Shown here: piece after piece, positions 1-10,814 of the stretch
Layout: every line of letters begins with the position of its first letter
How positions within the stretch are numbered: the stretch's first letter is position 1
DNA from: Rotaria socialis
Taxonomy: Eukaryota
DNA: 20,000 nt
Direction: 5' to 3'
Assembly: GCA_905331295.1 (NCBI GenBank)
Contig: CAJNYD010000048.1
Location: 241,769 to 261,768, forward strand
Notes under the pieces: model-generated
Told to the model about the DNA's origin: nothing
Seen by the model: only the letters and a program-made list of their open reading frames with translations
Databases searched by the model: none
Position numbers and translations under genes: made by a program

Positions 1-223
1 AGCTAAGTTAACATGTGTACTAAAATATTACAATTCACTATTATCTACAAAGGCTGCTTTTCCGTTTTCATTATTAAGCATTGTTAACAAAGAAATATTT
101 GTCAAACACGAATGAAACATTGATTTACTTTTATGACATTACCACATTTATTTAATAAGTTATAAATAAAACTATAAAAAGGATAGATTGTATATATAGT
201 CTGTATTTTCTTTAACATAATTT

Positions 224-270
224 AGTATTGAAAATGACCTTATGAAAGAGGCCGAAAGCTTCACTGTACT
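224..270 (+). ncRNA. Degenerate hammerhead-like remnant
   Basis: AGTA-TTGAAAAT-GACCT...AGGCC-GAAAGCTTC-ACTGTACT. The CUGAnGA box is mutated, while stem II and the palindromic GAAAGCTTC remain. Confidence 0.3.
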
Positions 271-390
271 TTTTTTTATTTTTGCTAAAATAAAGAAATA
301 TATAAATGATTGGCGAATTAGTTTATCTAGCACTTAGTTTATGCAATTACATCTCATTAAACAACGTTAAGAACAAAATGCATATATGAA

Positions 391-890
391 CGCGCGTGCT
401 CGATTTACCATCCGAGAATCTACTATCCGAGGATTTACTGTCCTTTAATTGTTTCGAAGACGAGAAATGAACAAGTATTAACACATTGATCGATTGCTAG
501 AAGATATGGGTGTTTCAGCTCCAAAACTTTGTAAACATTAAGTCGTAACAAATGAATATTTAATAAAATTATGGTAACGTTATGACGAAGGCGGTCATGA
601 TATTGTACCGTTCTTGAAAGCTGGTGGGCTTAGATAGTTTTAAAGGTCATCAACACATTAAGCATTTATTCTTCTTGTTTCTTTTATATATTTATTGAAA
701 TTCGGTTTTTTCCCGATAATGTATTAGTTGTCGCAGTCGGTATTCATTCTTTTTTTTCTCTTCGGTCGATACAATCAACGGACAGTAAATCCTGAGGAGC
801 AAAACTTATGCTTTCTCTAGAAATAAACCAATTAAAATTGGAAAGCAATCAATGGATAGTAAATCCTCGGGTAGTAAATCGTGTAAACCG
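391..890. mobile_element. Internally deleted TIR DNA transposon (MULE-like) carrying a transposase C-terminal remnant
   Basis: Inverted ends are built from GAGGATTTACTATCC-like subrepeats: 401-443 versus 780-793 and 854-890. The internal plus-strand frame RLLEDMGVSAPKLCKH*VVTNEYLIKLW*RYDEGGHDIVPFLKAGGLR resembles MULE transposase C-termini (by eye). No clear TSD. Confidence 0.55.
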
Positions 891-1277
891 TTTTTACATC
901 AATTTTGATTGCAAGATATCCAAGTGGACGTTTATTTCTTTTTTTTTGATTAATGAATGAAAAGAAATGCGGACAACTACTGTGCAGGATGTAAGAATAA
1001 ATTGTAGATGTGTTTCTTCTCATTGAAAACCGTGAAATCTTTTTTTACTTCTAAAGCATCACTTTAGCATCAAGTATTTCGATCAACAGAATCAGGTTGC
1101 ACTTTGATGATAGCAAAATGTTTATATAGTCAATATATTTGTGGACTTCAATGACACATACATACGTATCTGTAAGATGCTTTAATTGAGTCTTATGATT
1201 AGCAATTATGAAATAACTAGTAATAGTTTTGGGTAAGATATCGGAGTTATGACATTGTTTTTCAGTAGAATCTCATA

Positions 1278-1352
1278 CCGGGTGTGGGTGTGGGTGTGTG
1301 ACTTTTGATAAAGAAATAGACCCGGATGCGCATCCACACCCACACCCTCAAG
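1278..1352. repeat. Telomere-like GGGTGT/ACACCC foldback unit 1
   Basis: (GGGTGT)3 at 1280-1297, a spacer, then ATCCACACCCACACCCTCAAG at 1332-1352. Confidence 0.8.
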
Positions 1353-1510
1353 CACGAGTAGCCCCCAAAAGGTCACTAGTGACGCCCTAATATAGCCCTT
1401 AAAAATTTACAACTATTATGTAAAGATAGCAGTTCAAAAATTGAACACAGTAGCTGAATTAGTATTAAAATAATGGTTAATTTATTACCTAAGCATTCTT
1501 TAAGCCTAAT

Positions 1511-1799
1511 TGTGACGAACATACAGAGTGTCGCCTATGCCCGTCGGCATGATGGTGTATTGTGTCATCTGCACATCTCTAGTCGTGCATTTCCTTTAGT
1601 TGCATTCCCTTATATACGCGAGAGTGATCACGCCTGGGCGGATATAGACAAAGAGGGAACGGCCACGCAATAGAACAATGAGAGTTCATCAGGTCAATGC
1701 ACAAACATAGAATACAGCGAAGAGGATAAAGTGAGTCGTAACGGTAAATACCGTTGCATATCCCCCCACTGAAACTAGAGCTCTCCTGAGCGAACAAAA
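1511..1799 (-). mobile_element. 3' end of an LTR retrotransposon (Ty3/gypsy-like): polypurine tract plus a 248 bp LTR
   Basis: On the minus strand, the PPT AGTGGGGGGA (1770-1761) is followed by TA and then TGCAACG (1758)...CGTCACA (1511), giving TG...CA imperfect inverted termini. Internal TATATAA and AATACA lie in the expected order. Confidence 0.65.
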
Positions 1800-1860
1800 G
1801 GGTGTGGATGTGTTGGTGTTGGTATCCACTTTCATATCACACCCACACCCACATCCAGGT
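1800..1860. repeat. Telomere-like GGGTGT/ACACCC foldback unit 2
   Basis: GGGTGTGGATGTGTTGGTGTTGG, a spacer, then CACACCCACACCCACATCC. Confidence 0.75.
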
Positions 1861-1865
1861 AGAAC

Positions 1866-2603
1866 TCAATGCTCGCTATCGAATTGTGCAATTGAACTCG
1901 GTATTAATTGCAACTTTCTGAAAAAAATCCTAAGTTGCTGAGATTTTCAAAGATTTTTGAAGTTATTTCTAAACTAGACTTACTTAGGAGCATGTTTCAA
2001 ATTTACCATGAAATACAGTTCGTCATGTTCTACTTCGAACCTATTTGAAACACTTGAAACATGGTTCTGGCTGACTAGAGCCTGGAAATACCGTGAAAAA
2101 CCTTGAAAATGTTTTTGTTTTCGGGAATTGACTCCAGCATCGTAGTATATAACAAAAAACTCCATTGAGCTGATAGATAGTATACATCGCATTCTACGTG
2201 AAAATTCCTTAGAATACTTGGAAATTGTCGCTAGACAAATCACGCGTTTAGTTACTCGAATTGGGTGTCAACTTCAAGTACGTGCAAGTTTGCTTTTATA
2301 AGACGGTTTATGCCCCAGGAAAGTATCCAATAACCGTTGAAAATGTTTTGATTTTTGATTTTTACATCTGAAACTGAAAATGAACGTTGGCTCAAACTAT
2401 TGCCAAATCCAAAATATAAGATAACTTTGGCTTGCAACATTGAATTGAGCTCAAGTGTAGATCTGAAAGAACTTGTTAGCATAGCCCCTTGAGAGTTAAA
2501 ATGCGAAACTCACATGTATCGGGTGGCCTCATTAAACAGATATGCAATACGTACAATGAAAGATCTCTCGTAGACTATACTCATTTTCCAAGATAATCGG
2601 TCA
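1866..2603 (-). pseudogene. Truncated multi-exon gene resembling the N-terminal region of a eukaryotic RNA-dependent RNA polymerase
   Basis: Exons 2603-2514, 2462-2256, 2193-1984 and 1929-1866 are joined in frame by 51, 62 and 54 nt GT-AG introns. Motifs ILYFGFGNSLSQRSF and LYFMVNLKHAPKIF recall the LHFG...F and L..aP.I. motifs of RdRP N-termini (recognised by eye). The frame stops just before a GGGTGT hairpin. The exon structure is more secure than the family call. Confidence 0.5.
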
Positions 2604-3049
2604 CTAAAGCAAGAATCGTTTTTGTTTATTTTTGCACTTTGAACATCATTTCTTTTGATTGTGTTCTGATCGGCGTTCCATTTTATAGTTTGGTCTTGTT
2701 GCTATGATTACGTTACTTTTTATTTTCATAGTTTACCTTAATTCGTCACTATTACTTGTCTCATTATTGATTTAACTGACAAAGTAGACTTGTAAATGTC
2801 TATCATGATTTGACTAAGCATAAAAGAACAATTATAATGCTCGATCAACGCACAAAGATTAATATTGCTAATTTTTCAAAGTTAAAACTTGAACAAATTT
2901 ACAACAAAAATCAAGTAAGTCTGACGTTTGTTGCCTTTACTAGTTAACGTCTGTAATGGGAACGAGAGAGTCAAAAAACTCTCGCTTTTAAATTTAAATT
3001 TCAAATTTACTGGGAAAATACATGTGAGTTCCACAAAATGAGCAAGTTT

Positions 3050-3457
3050 GAGTAGGCTCAGTATTCTGGCATGATCTCCTGAACAACTTGATCGTTCGAG
3101 TTGAATGGTTCATCCAAAGATAGAACCTCGTTAGGCTACAAAATGATCGTATTTGATCAATGCTCACACGCTGTGGAGAATCGCCTTAGTAAGCTATTAT
3201 TCAAAATACGAAAAAGGCACTGCTCCAAAGTGGCGGTATTTTCACTCTTTCCCAGCCGAAGTATCGAATCCCAAAATAGATCTTGCCAAAAAATACCTGT
3301 TGGCACGTAAATATCGAGGGGCGAAAACTATAATTCCACTTAGAGTAGACCACACTCCATATTGATTCACCCTGTGAAAATCATCCTTGTGTCCATATGC
3401 AAATACTGGCATTATCGAAACCAAAGGGACACCATGAAATAGCTCGCTTCCGGTATC
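3050..3457 (-). pseudogene. Decayed PARP-like ADP-ribosyltransferase catalytic domain
   Basis: The minus strand reads ELFHG...VNQYG...GIIVFAP...RYFLARSILG, then several stops, HSV, and after a frameshift NEVLSL...QEIMPEY*AY. This follows the PARP motif order HG / YG.G..F / FLAR.ILG / E / PEY. Confidence 0.55.
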
Positions 3458-3879
3458 TCATATTGATGCTGCTGAGACACTTTTGATTAGTGTACAAGAT
3501 ATTCCAGTGTTAGAAAGATTTGGTCAATGTGCTCAACAACACGTTGAAAAAGCAGCATTAGTCGTATATGAAAAAAAATCAGCTGGCGAACAGTATCACG
3601 TTCTGACAATATTTGAAAAAGGCTCTTTACTAGAATGGGACGCATCATTTCGTGTATATGGTATACTTTGTTTCCAAATAAGACAGAGAGATTGTGCAGA
3701 ATGTATTTTAAAAAAAATACAACAATTTAGCCTATTTTAGTCGTTACTCAAATATACGTTTCAGTGATATATGAAGATAATTTGATCTCTCTTTATGAAG
3801 AAAATGGAGCTTCGCGTTCCGTTTTAGCTTATCCCATGTTTATTGAACAACAGGATTTTACTATAGTATTCTGCAGTTA
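3441..3879 (+). pseudogene. 5'-truncated two-exon gene fragment of unknown function
   Basis: An open frame ...DAAETLLISVQDIPVLERFG...ASFRVY has a GTATAC donor at 3661. Splicing to the TTTCAG acceptor near 3763 continues in frame as VIYEDNLISLYEENGASRSVLAYPMFIEQQDFTIVFCS*. No start is visible, and the fragment abuts the PARP remnant. Confidence 0.3.
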
Positions 3880-3887
3880 AAACTAAA

Positions 3888-4055
3888 TTAGAATTTTTTC
3901 TGAGGTGCACTTAGTTTTGTTAAAAATGATTTTCTTATTGCCTTTCCGGAAAAGTTTTTTTTGCGAGCCTCTTCAATAATCTGTGCTTCTTGCTTTCGGG
4001 CTCTATAGACTCCAGTGATAATTGAGAGTCCCACAGCCACGAAATAGTATGCGAT
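3888..4055 (-). pseudogene. 3' terminal exon fragment of a probable membrane protein, cut at the (GGGTGT)n tract
   Basis: IAYYFVAVGLSIITGVY (hydrophobic) is followed by the basic tail RARKQEAQIIEEARKK...PQKKF*. The upstream in-frame sequence is only the repeat (HTHTHT). Confidence 0.35.
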
Positions 4056-4120
4056 CTTGAGGGTGTGGGTGTGGGTGTGGGTGTGGGTGTGGATAAATGC
4101 AATACAAGACACCGACACGC
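4056..4120 (+). repeat. (GGGTGT)5 telomere-like tract with a degenerate opposite arm (unit 3)
   Basis: Five perfect units at 4061-4090. The CTTGA(GGGTGT)nGGAT frame is the reverse complement of 1332-1352. A degenerate arm CACCGACACGC follows. TGTGGG is the reported Adineta vaga telomeric repeat. Confidence 0.85.
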
Positions 4121-4885
4121 AATCTGATTCTAGAAGAATGTTTTATTGTTGGAATTTTCTATGTGTACATCGATTTATTTACCGTTCAATAAGACAATTA
4201 TTCCTTATTTCATAATTTCAATCGTTAAACATATGCGAAATGAAAAAGAGATCAGTTAGCTTTGATTAAATGTTCCTTATCTCATTGTTTATGAAATTAT
4301 CGCCGTTTATGAACAATGTATCGTATTTGAATTTAGGTCAATTCGAATTATTGTTGATGTCTAGTAACGTATCTCAAGAACATGATTCATTTGAATTCCA
4401 AAGCACTCCGATTATGATCCACTGATACTTGGACGGGCATAAGACAACATGTAGTCTATATTTGTACGGCTAAAATAGAGAAACGTTAACAAACGACTAT
4501 TGATTGAACAATGATGCTGTTAATTTTTCTCTAGTAGGAAAAGCTGATTAGAAAAATATTTCATTCATGTAAATTGTTAACAACTGTTTTTTTTATCTAT
4601 CAATATCATTAATTGATGCTCTTTTTGATTATTGATTTCTTTGAATTTGCGCATCAATCGTTTGTTTCTTACTAAAGAACTTTTAGTTTGATCAATCGAA
4701 ATTAGATCTATTTGTATGCTAATGTAGCGACGAATAATTCAATTTTAATTTCATTCATCGAACTGTCCATTGTCTTTCCTTACAAAAGACATAGACTGAT
4801 CTACTTCTATATATGTAGAAGTCGTTACGAAGCAAATTAAAATCGAATTGTTTGTTTACATTGTAGAGTATCATTTAAGATAGAC

Positions 4886-5558
4886 ATGACGCAAAAGGAA
4901 GAAAATTTTCCTGAAAGCATCCAGCTAGCACGTAATGATCAAGAAAATATTGGAGTAAGAATTTTTATTTGTATGAATTCTAAACGAAAGAAACTTTTTA
5001 GGCATTGAATCTCCTAATTTCAACTTCAACTCAACCACCAAATAACCTATTCAACTACTACAAGCAACGTGCTGAAATTTTATTTTATTTAAATAAATAT
5101 GAAGGTAAGTTTAGATCAAACACTAGAGTCATTGCAGTATGTATATGTATTTTAGATGCTCTAAGTGACATTTATGCAATGGAAAAGATAAACGAGATCG
5201 CGTCATCAATCCAACTGATCAAATGGTATGCCACTTTGTTATTGCTGCTTTTCATGCGATTCTAGTGATTTTCTCTTTACAGGGAATCGCTGATACAAAT
5301 TCAGTGTGCAAAAGTCCGGCAAGAAATAAAACAATCTTTAGTGATTCAAGGTAATTCAGTGGAATTTGTTTTTTCTAAAAGTATAATATCAATCTTTTAG
5401 ATGATCTTAGTCATATTGAACTATTAGCACGTATACATCCAAATAATATGAAAAAGATATTCAATGGTATGTCATAAATATAAAATAATCATAAAAATGC
5501 AAGAAAAATGCTTTTTTCAGATCTTCAAATAAAAAATAATAAAAGAAAAAGAAAATAA
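4886..5558 (+). CDS. Small six-exon TPR-motif protein, about 137 aa, with a basic C-terminal tail (KRKRK, possible NLS)
   Basis: Manual splicing gives exons 4886-4954, 5002-5104, 5156-5225, 5283-5350, 5401-5466 and 5521-5558. The GT-AG introns of 47, 51, 57, 50 and 54 nt all preserve frame. The product contains the TPR-like YYKQRAEILFYLNKYEDALSDIYAM. Confidence 0.8.
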
Positions 5559-5569
5559 ATTAATCTTCA

Positions 5570-5803
5570 TGCTGACAAGATCCAATCGTTGGTTATATTC
5601 ATCATCATGAATAATGGCATCTGATGATGATACTATCCGTTGAGATCGTGAAAAAATTCGTTTATTCTGGTCGTCAAGCATATGAAAACAAATTAATAAT
5701 AAAAAATTATATTTACAATTTGTCGTGGTGATCCATCATATTCATCATTATGAAAAATAATATCTGATGATGATAACGACAAATGCTCTTTTTTCGTTTT
5801 TGC
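5570..5803 (-). pseudogene. Gene remnant with two repeated SSSDxIxHxDEY exons, convergent with the TPR gene
   Basis: A 38 nt imperfect direct repeat (5595-5632 and 5738-5775). A 50 nt GT-AG intron on the minus strand (5667-5716) joins ...SSSDIIFHNDEYDGSPRQI and NKRIF...SSSDAIIHDDEYNQRLDL in frame. There is an in-frame stop upstream. Confidence 0.35.
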
Positions 5804-6960
5804 TGTTAAAAAATCTTACCTTGTTTTAATTATTGTATATCACTGCTCCAATGGTGTCGATCTTCAATTTTCTTTTGTATCTTAATTCATAACATACATT
5901 GATTATATTGAAATAAAGGATTATTTCAAATCTTGATTTTTTTTTGCGGAATAAGTAATTGCATAAAATCTTGGTTTTAATTTATAATGAAACTGGTACT
6001 TGAACAAGTCGTTGGTCAAGTTGATGGTTTCCATTCAAATTACTTTAGTATATTTCTAATAATTGAGAATCTTATGTGACTTAGAAATTTCTTTAAGTTT
6101 TAAATGATGATAAAAGAAATTATTTGAAGTTTAATATTATATATAACTAGGTGAAGCCAGGCATAACAAGCATTCTAAAATATGATGCCAAACTAAAATG
6201 ATGATTTCCAGTGCGATTCATATTTCATGAAATGTGAAAAATCAGTTCAAGGAATATTCATAAAATTCATTAACTATCATAGGGGTAAATATTACTCTAT
6301 AGTATAAATTATCACGTTCAGATAATGAACTTCTTTCGATGGAGGATAGCCGATTATAAAATATGAATTGACGTTTTAATTATAAAAGTATTTATTATGA
6401 AACATGTAAGATCAGAAATTTACTATGAGCATCTGTATGATTCGCAAAAACAATAAGTTAATACATAAATGAACGATTGTGAAATTGTCTAATCGGTTTT
6501 TAGAAGCACATAGAAAAGAGGAATTAAAGCTGAATTGACGAATACAACGTCTCAAAAAGATGATTTAAGTTATGCTAGACCAATCACGTTGCTTAATTCG
6601 TGTTGTTCGGTCTGTTTGAGGCCTTAATCTAAGAGAGTTGCTTTTCCTTTATCTTGATCTCTATCGATTACTGCTCCAGCCATAGGACTTTGAGGCAAGT
6701 GGAGCACAGGTTCGAGTTTTCCACCTCAGAAAATCTCGAAGTATCATCTCTGTGGTCATAATATAGAACTCTCATTGATTCACAATTAGAGCTTGGACAA
6801 AAACGGAAGAGATTTCCGTTTAGTTATCGTTGGAACAGGTCAGTCAATCTTCGTGTTTCTTTATGTTTTATTTACCGTTTTGTAGCTTGTGAAATTCTCT
6901 ATTAAATGATATATATACTAGTTGGGGTTTTATTCGATTATGATACGAAAATTTTTCTAT

Positions 6961-7207
6961 GAAAACGTGTATAGGTCGACTTTCGCATAAGAGACCAGAG
7001 GGAAAAATCAATTGTCTTCAAATAACTCAGGAAGGACTCCTTCAATCAAGCTCATCTTCGAACTAGACTGAGGCAAAGATGAGACTGAACTGTGCAGAAT
7101 AGTTTACCATGATCTGACTCTCCTTTCGAAAGTTATCGTGTAAACGGTTGGCAAGACGGACAGACTGACTGATTCTAGAGTGTACTCACCATTTGAGCAC
7201 ACAAAAA
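6961..7207 (-). mobile_element. DINE-1/HINE-like non-autonomous Helentron-type element (left boundary approximate)
   Basis: The minus strand starts with a T-run, the stem-loop GTGTGCTC-AAATGGT-GAGTACAC (7202-7180), TCTAGAATC and a GTCA/GTCT/GTCC microsatellite remnant. This is the layout typical of DINE-like elements. Confidence 0.55.
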
Positions 7208-8163
7208 GTAGCATTGAATTGTATATTATTATTAAAAGGAAATTAGTGTTAGATGATTCCATCATAACAGTTAATTTTGCCGAAAAAATAAGTAAAGTGA
7301 CAATCTGTGGTGAATGACCTTTCTATCTCTTATTTTCATTCCGGATACTACCAACAAGAACTGTTAACAATTTTATGGCTAATAAGAATAGAAATTCTAT
7401 CGCTATGTTTTTTAACTCCAAAATAATAAGCTTTGTAATAACTAAGACACCCAGTTTCACTTGAAAGTTTTTTTATTGTAGTGTACTTTATCATTTGTAT
7501 TACTTATACATATTGTCAATTGAGAACGAGGAAGAAAGCGAAATGTGATGTTCTGAATTGTTTATGAAAAACAATCAACAGTTTGCTATATCCTTTTATA
7601 TAGTCTGAGTATACAATGGCAACAAATAAAAATATCATTTTGAAACTAGTTGATGAACAGGAATCAAAAATGAAAAATTCTGATTTGCTCATTCTTATCA
7701 GAAAAAGAACACAGATGAGTACTCTTATCACTGTTCTTGTTTATGTAGAGAAAGACATCGAGATCTGATTTAATAAATCACATTTGGTGGACAAGCAAAA
7801 TTATGTATAAATATATGTCAAACTGTTGATTATTGTTCACTGACAATTTATAAAATCGCATTTCGGTGTGTTGCTCTTTCTACATGAGCAATATACATAA
7901 GAATACACCTCATCTTTAACTGTTGTTGATGAACAACATGTGCAATATCCTACTAGAAGGTTAAATCAAATTCTTGTAGCACACGAATGTAATTGTGATT
8001 CATTATATTCATCAATTTAAGTTACCGATTGTTATACACATAACAATAATTGTCATTGGTTGATGAATATTCATACTAGCTTCAGGTATGTTATTTTACT
8101 ATCTGAAAGAATACTAAATCAAATCTAAATGTACTAATACACTAGTCCATAAAAAAGAAACAG

Positions 8164-8358
8164 CTATTCTGTGTTTTTACTTCTTTTACGTTTTTTTCTG
8201 TTTTTTGATGAAACATACAAAACATTAAAATTAATCATCACCGGCAATACGTCACCAGCAACTAAAACACCATCTGGCCAGTTTAAACCTATTGTTTCCT
8301 CGATGAAACGTCGAGCAAACTGTTGACAATTTAGACTTGCACTCCATTTTTGCTCGTA
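8164..8358 (-). pseudogene. C-terminal fragment of a PPPDE/LRAT-like (permuted NlpC/P60) thiol peptidase, truncated by a TIR element
   Basis: 65 codons, YEQKWSASLNCQQFARRFIEETIGLNWP...KNTE*, with an NCQxF catalytic-Cys-like motif. The frame runs directly into the TIR at 8361. Confidence 0.5.
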
Positions 8359-9148
8359 TACACTCTAAATAAAAAGCGTTTCTCCGGAAACCGAAATCCC
8401 TTCGCAAACCTTTTCGGAAACTCACAAACGTATCCGGAAAGGTTTTCGGCTCGAAGCTGAGTTTTTGAAATCACCTTACAGGTTTCCGAGTTCCCCGAAA
8501 CGGTTCGGTTTTCGAGAATTCGGATAGGAAACCTTTAACAGTTTTCTCAGAAACCATCAAACAATTTTCGAAACCCAAAAGTTATCCTCGGAAACTGTTT
8601 TTGTTTTGAAAACCTTCTCGGAAACTTAAAGCGTATCGTCAGCAACCTTTCGGTTTTCGACAAGTTTTTATCGGGAACCTTTTGGGTTTCTGGGGATCGG
8701 AAACCCTTCGAGATTTCCAAAGTATAAGAAACCTATGAGTTTCCGAGAAAATGTCTCGGAAACCAATTAAACATAGTGGAAAACCGAACTAGTATTAAAA
8801 TTTCATCTTTCTCATTTTCACGTTGCCATTGTATAATTTACATTTTTAGGAGTTAATCGGCAGCTATAACAGAAATTGTCTTCACTCAAAAACAAAAGGT
8901 GTCATATGAAACTATTTATTGTTCTAGCCAAGATATTGAACCTTTTAAGGTTTAACTCGTTTATTAATAAACCACCGAGGGTTCTAGCTAGTTTAAAGAA
9001 CCATCTCAGATCCTTGATAGTTACCAATGTTTGGAAAGGTTCTGTCGTACACCATTTTTGTTTTGTTAAACCATTTCTCCAAAGATGGTTCTGGCTTGAA
9101 GCAAGATACTATATTTTCCGAACGTCATTTAAGTAATATACATCACGC

Positions 9149-9487
9149 ATAGGTTACCGATGTGTAGGAATCAAACTCCTGCAACACTTTTCCAATCTGA
9201 GCTCCCGTTGGTCAGAAATTCGGTGCATTCAAAATTCAGTGGCTGCAGAGTTAGACTTTTTATTTCAACTCCGATCAGAATTCTGATTGAAGTTTGAAAT
9301 AGGTTATCGTCGTCGAGGAATCCGAATCCGTCATTACTTTTTCAATCCGAGCTCCCATAGGTCAGAAATTGGGCCCATCAAAAAATTGAGGGCTGTTAAA
9401 TTAGATGTTTCATATCAACTCTGATTTCAATTCTGATCGAAGTTTGAGATAAGTTATCGAGATCCAGGAATCCAAATCCGACATCAT
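9149..9487. repeat. Diverged 150 bp tandem repeat, about 2.3 copies
   Basis: AGGAATC anchors recur with GG at 9167, 9317 and 9467. The blocks GAGCTCCC, GGTCAGAAATT, TCAACTC, AATTCTGAT and GAAGTTTGA recur at 150 bp spacing. Confidence 0.85.
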
Positions 9488-9950
9488 CGATACCGAGCCT
9501 GATGATCCGAGTCGGATTGATGAATATGGGTAGGTGCGTCTCCATAATCAATTCTATAGTAAGTTATAACTTGTAAAATGCGCTTATTCTTTTATATATT
9601 TCCATACATCACAATTATCAATAGAAAGTAATGTGAATATGGTAAAATGAAGTCAATATTTTCTTTATTTAGGTAAGTAGCAATAATCAATTGAATGCAA
9701 GTTCAATATGATAAAATGAATTAATGTTTTTTTTTCTATTTAGGTATATGTGAATAATTGATCTCATGGTAATTTCAATCTTACACTATCAGTCACTCCT
9801 CTTGTTTTTTGTTTAGGATCTTCTCAACAACAAGTAACGGCGATTGCCCTTTCGTGCGAATAAAGGAGAAAGGGCTGGCTCGTATTCTGCTCACAACAAA
9901 TTCAGGTAAATATAACACATACGGTTTAGTGGTTTAGCATAGAAATGAAG

Positions 9951-10442
9951 ATTAAGGATAGGATTAAGGGTTAAGGATACAATTAAGGGTTAAGGATAGA
10001 ATTTAGGTTAAGGTTAGAATTAAGGGCTAAGGTTAGAATTTAGGTTCAGGATATAAATAGTGGTTAAGGATAGAAATTAGGGTTAAGTATAGAAATTAGG
10101 GATAACGATAGAGTTTAGGTTAAGGATAGAAATAGTGGTTAAGGTTAGAATTAAGGGTTAAGGATAGAATTTAGGTTAAGGTTAGAATTAATAGCTAAGG
10201 TTAGAATTTAGGTTAAGGATAGAAATAGGGGCTAAGGTTAGAACTAAGGGTTAAGGATAGAATTAAGGGTTAAGGATAGAAATTAGGGTTAAGGATAGAA
10301 TTAACGGTTAAGGATAGAATTTAGGTTAAGGTTAGAATTTAGGTTAAGGATAGAATTAAGGGCTAAGGTTAGAATTTAGGTTAAGGATAGAAATTAGGGT
10401 TAAGGATAGAAATTAGGGTTAAGGATAGAAATAAGAGGTTAA
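9951..10442 (+). repeat. 18-19 bp minisatellite (GGTTAAGGWTAGAATTWA variants)
   Basis: About 490 bp of tandem GGTTAAGGATAGAATTAAG / GGTTAAGGTTAGAATTTA / GGTTAAGGATAGAAATTAG units with strong G-strand bias. Confidence 0.95.
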
Positions 10443-10814
10443 ATACGAAATTAAACGCTGGATATAGCATTAGTGGCGAGTACTAGACTAATTGAGTGTG
10501 GCGGACTACATTCTACCACTCTAGAACCATTTTTGGCAGAAAAGGGAAAAGGTTCCCGCTAGAACCAGCTTTTGCTTGAACCGTAAATGGTTCTGAAAAT
10601 GGTACCCAAATCTAGAACCTCAAAAGGTTCCCGAAGTATCGGAAACCTTCAATTGGTTTTCGGGATCGTCTGCTTTCTCGATTGCTTGCGGGGGTTTCAG
10701 ATAAGTATCCGAATGCTCGGAAACCCATTCCCGGAAACCTATAAAGGGTTTCATAAAGTGACAAACCCGGAAACCTCCTATTCGTTTCCCAGAAAACGGA
10801 TTTTATTTAGAGTG

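Larger units (their letters stand above)
8361..10814. mobile_element. Non-autonomous TIR DNA transposon with CACT...AGTG ends (EnSpm/CMC-like) and nested insertions
   Basis: The left TIR CACTCTAAATAAAAAGCGTTTCT (8361) matches the reverse complement of AGAAAACGGATTTTATTTAGAGTG (ending 10814). TA lies on both sides. Dense subterminal GGAAACC/GGTTTC motifs occur at about 8380-8790 and 10625-10795. No transposase ORF. Confidence 0.8.

Noticed and set aside
581..625. TGACGA-AGGCGGT...ACCGTTCTT-GAAAGC as a hammerhead
   Set aside because: There is no stem I or NUH site, and the sequence is better explained as part of the transposase remnant frame.
1473..1797. ORFs 1473-1673 and 1579-1797, and a minus-strand CTGATGA near 1690 as a hammerhead
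   Set aside because: They lie within the LTR. The CTGATGA has no stem II followed by GAAA.
4430..4470. GACGGGCATA match to the LTR end region at about 1535-1545
   Set aside because: Only about 10 nt are identical and there are no LTR termini, so it is too weak to call.
6671..6725. TGCTCC...GGAGCA hairpin followed by GGTTCGAG (tRNA or SINE B-box-like)
   Set aside because: No cloverleaf or convincing A-box could be built.
7516..8000. ORF 7516-7731 and a short plus-strand frame MATNKNIILKLVDEQ...
   Set aside because: Both are short, have no motif, and cannot be joined into a supportable gene.
9951..10442. Minisatellite as a CRISPR array or true telomere
   Set aside because: It has no unique spacers and the context is eukaryotic. 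The units are 18-19 bp variants internal to a transposon, not pure telomeric hexamers.
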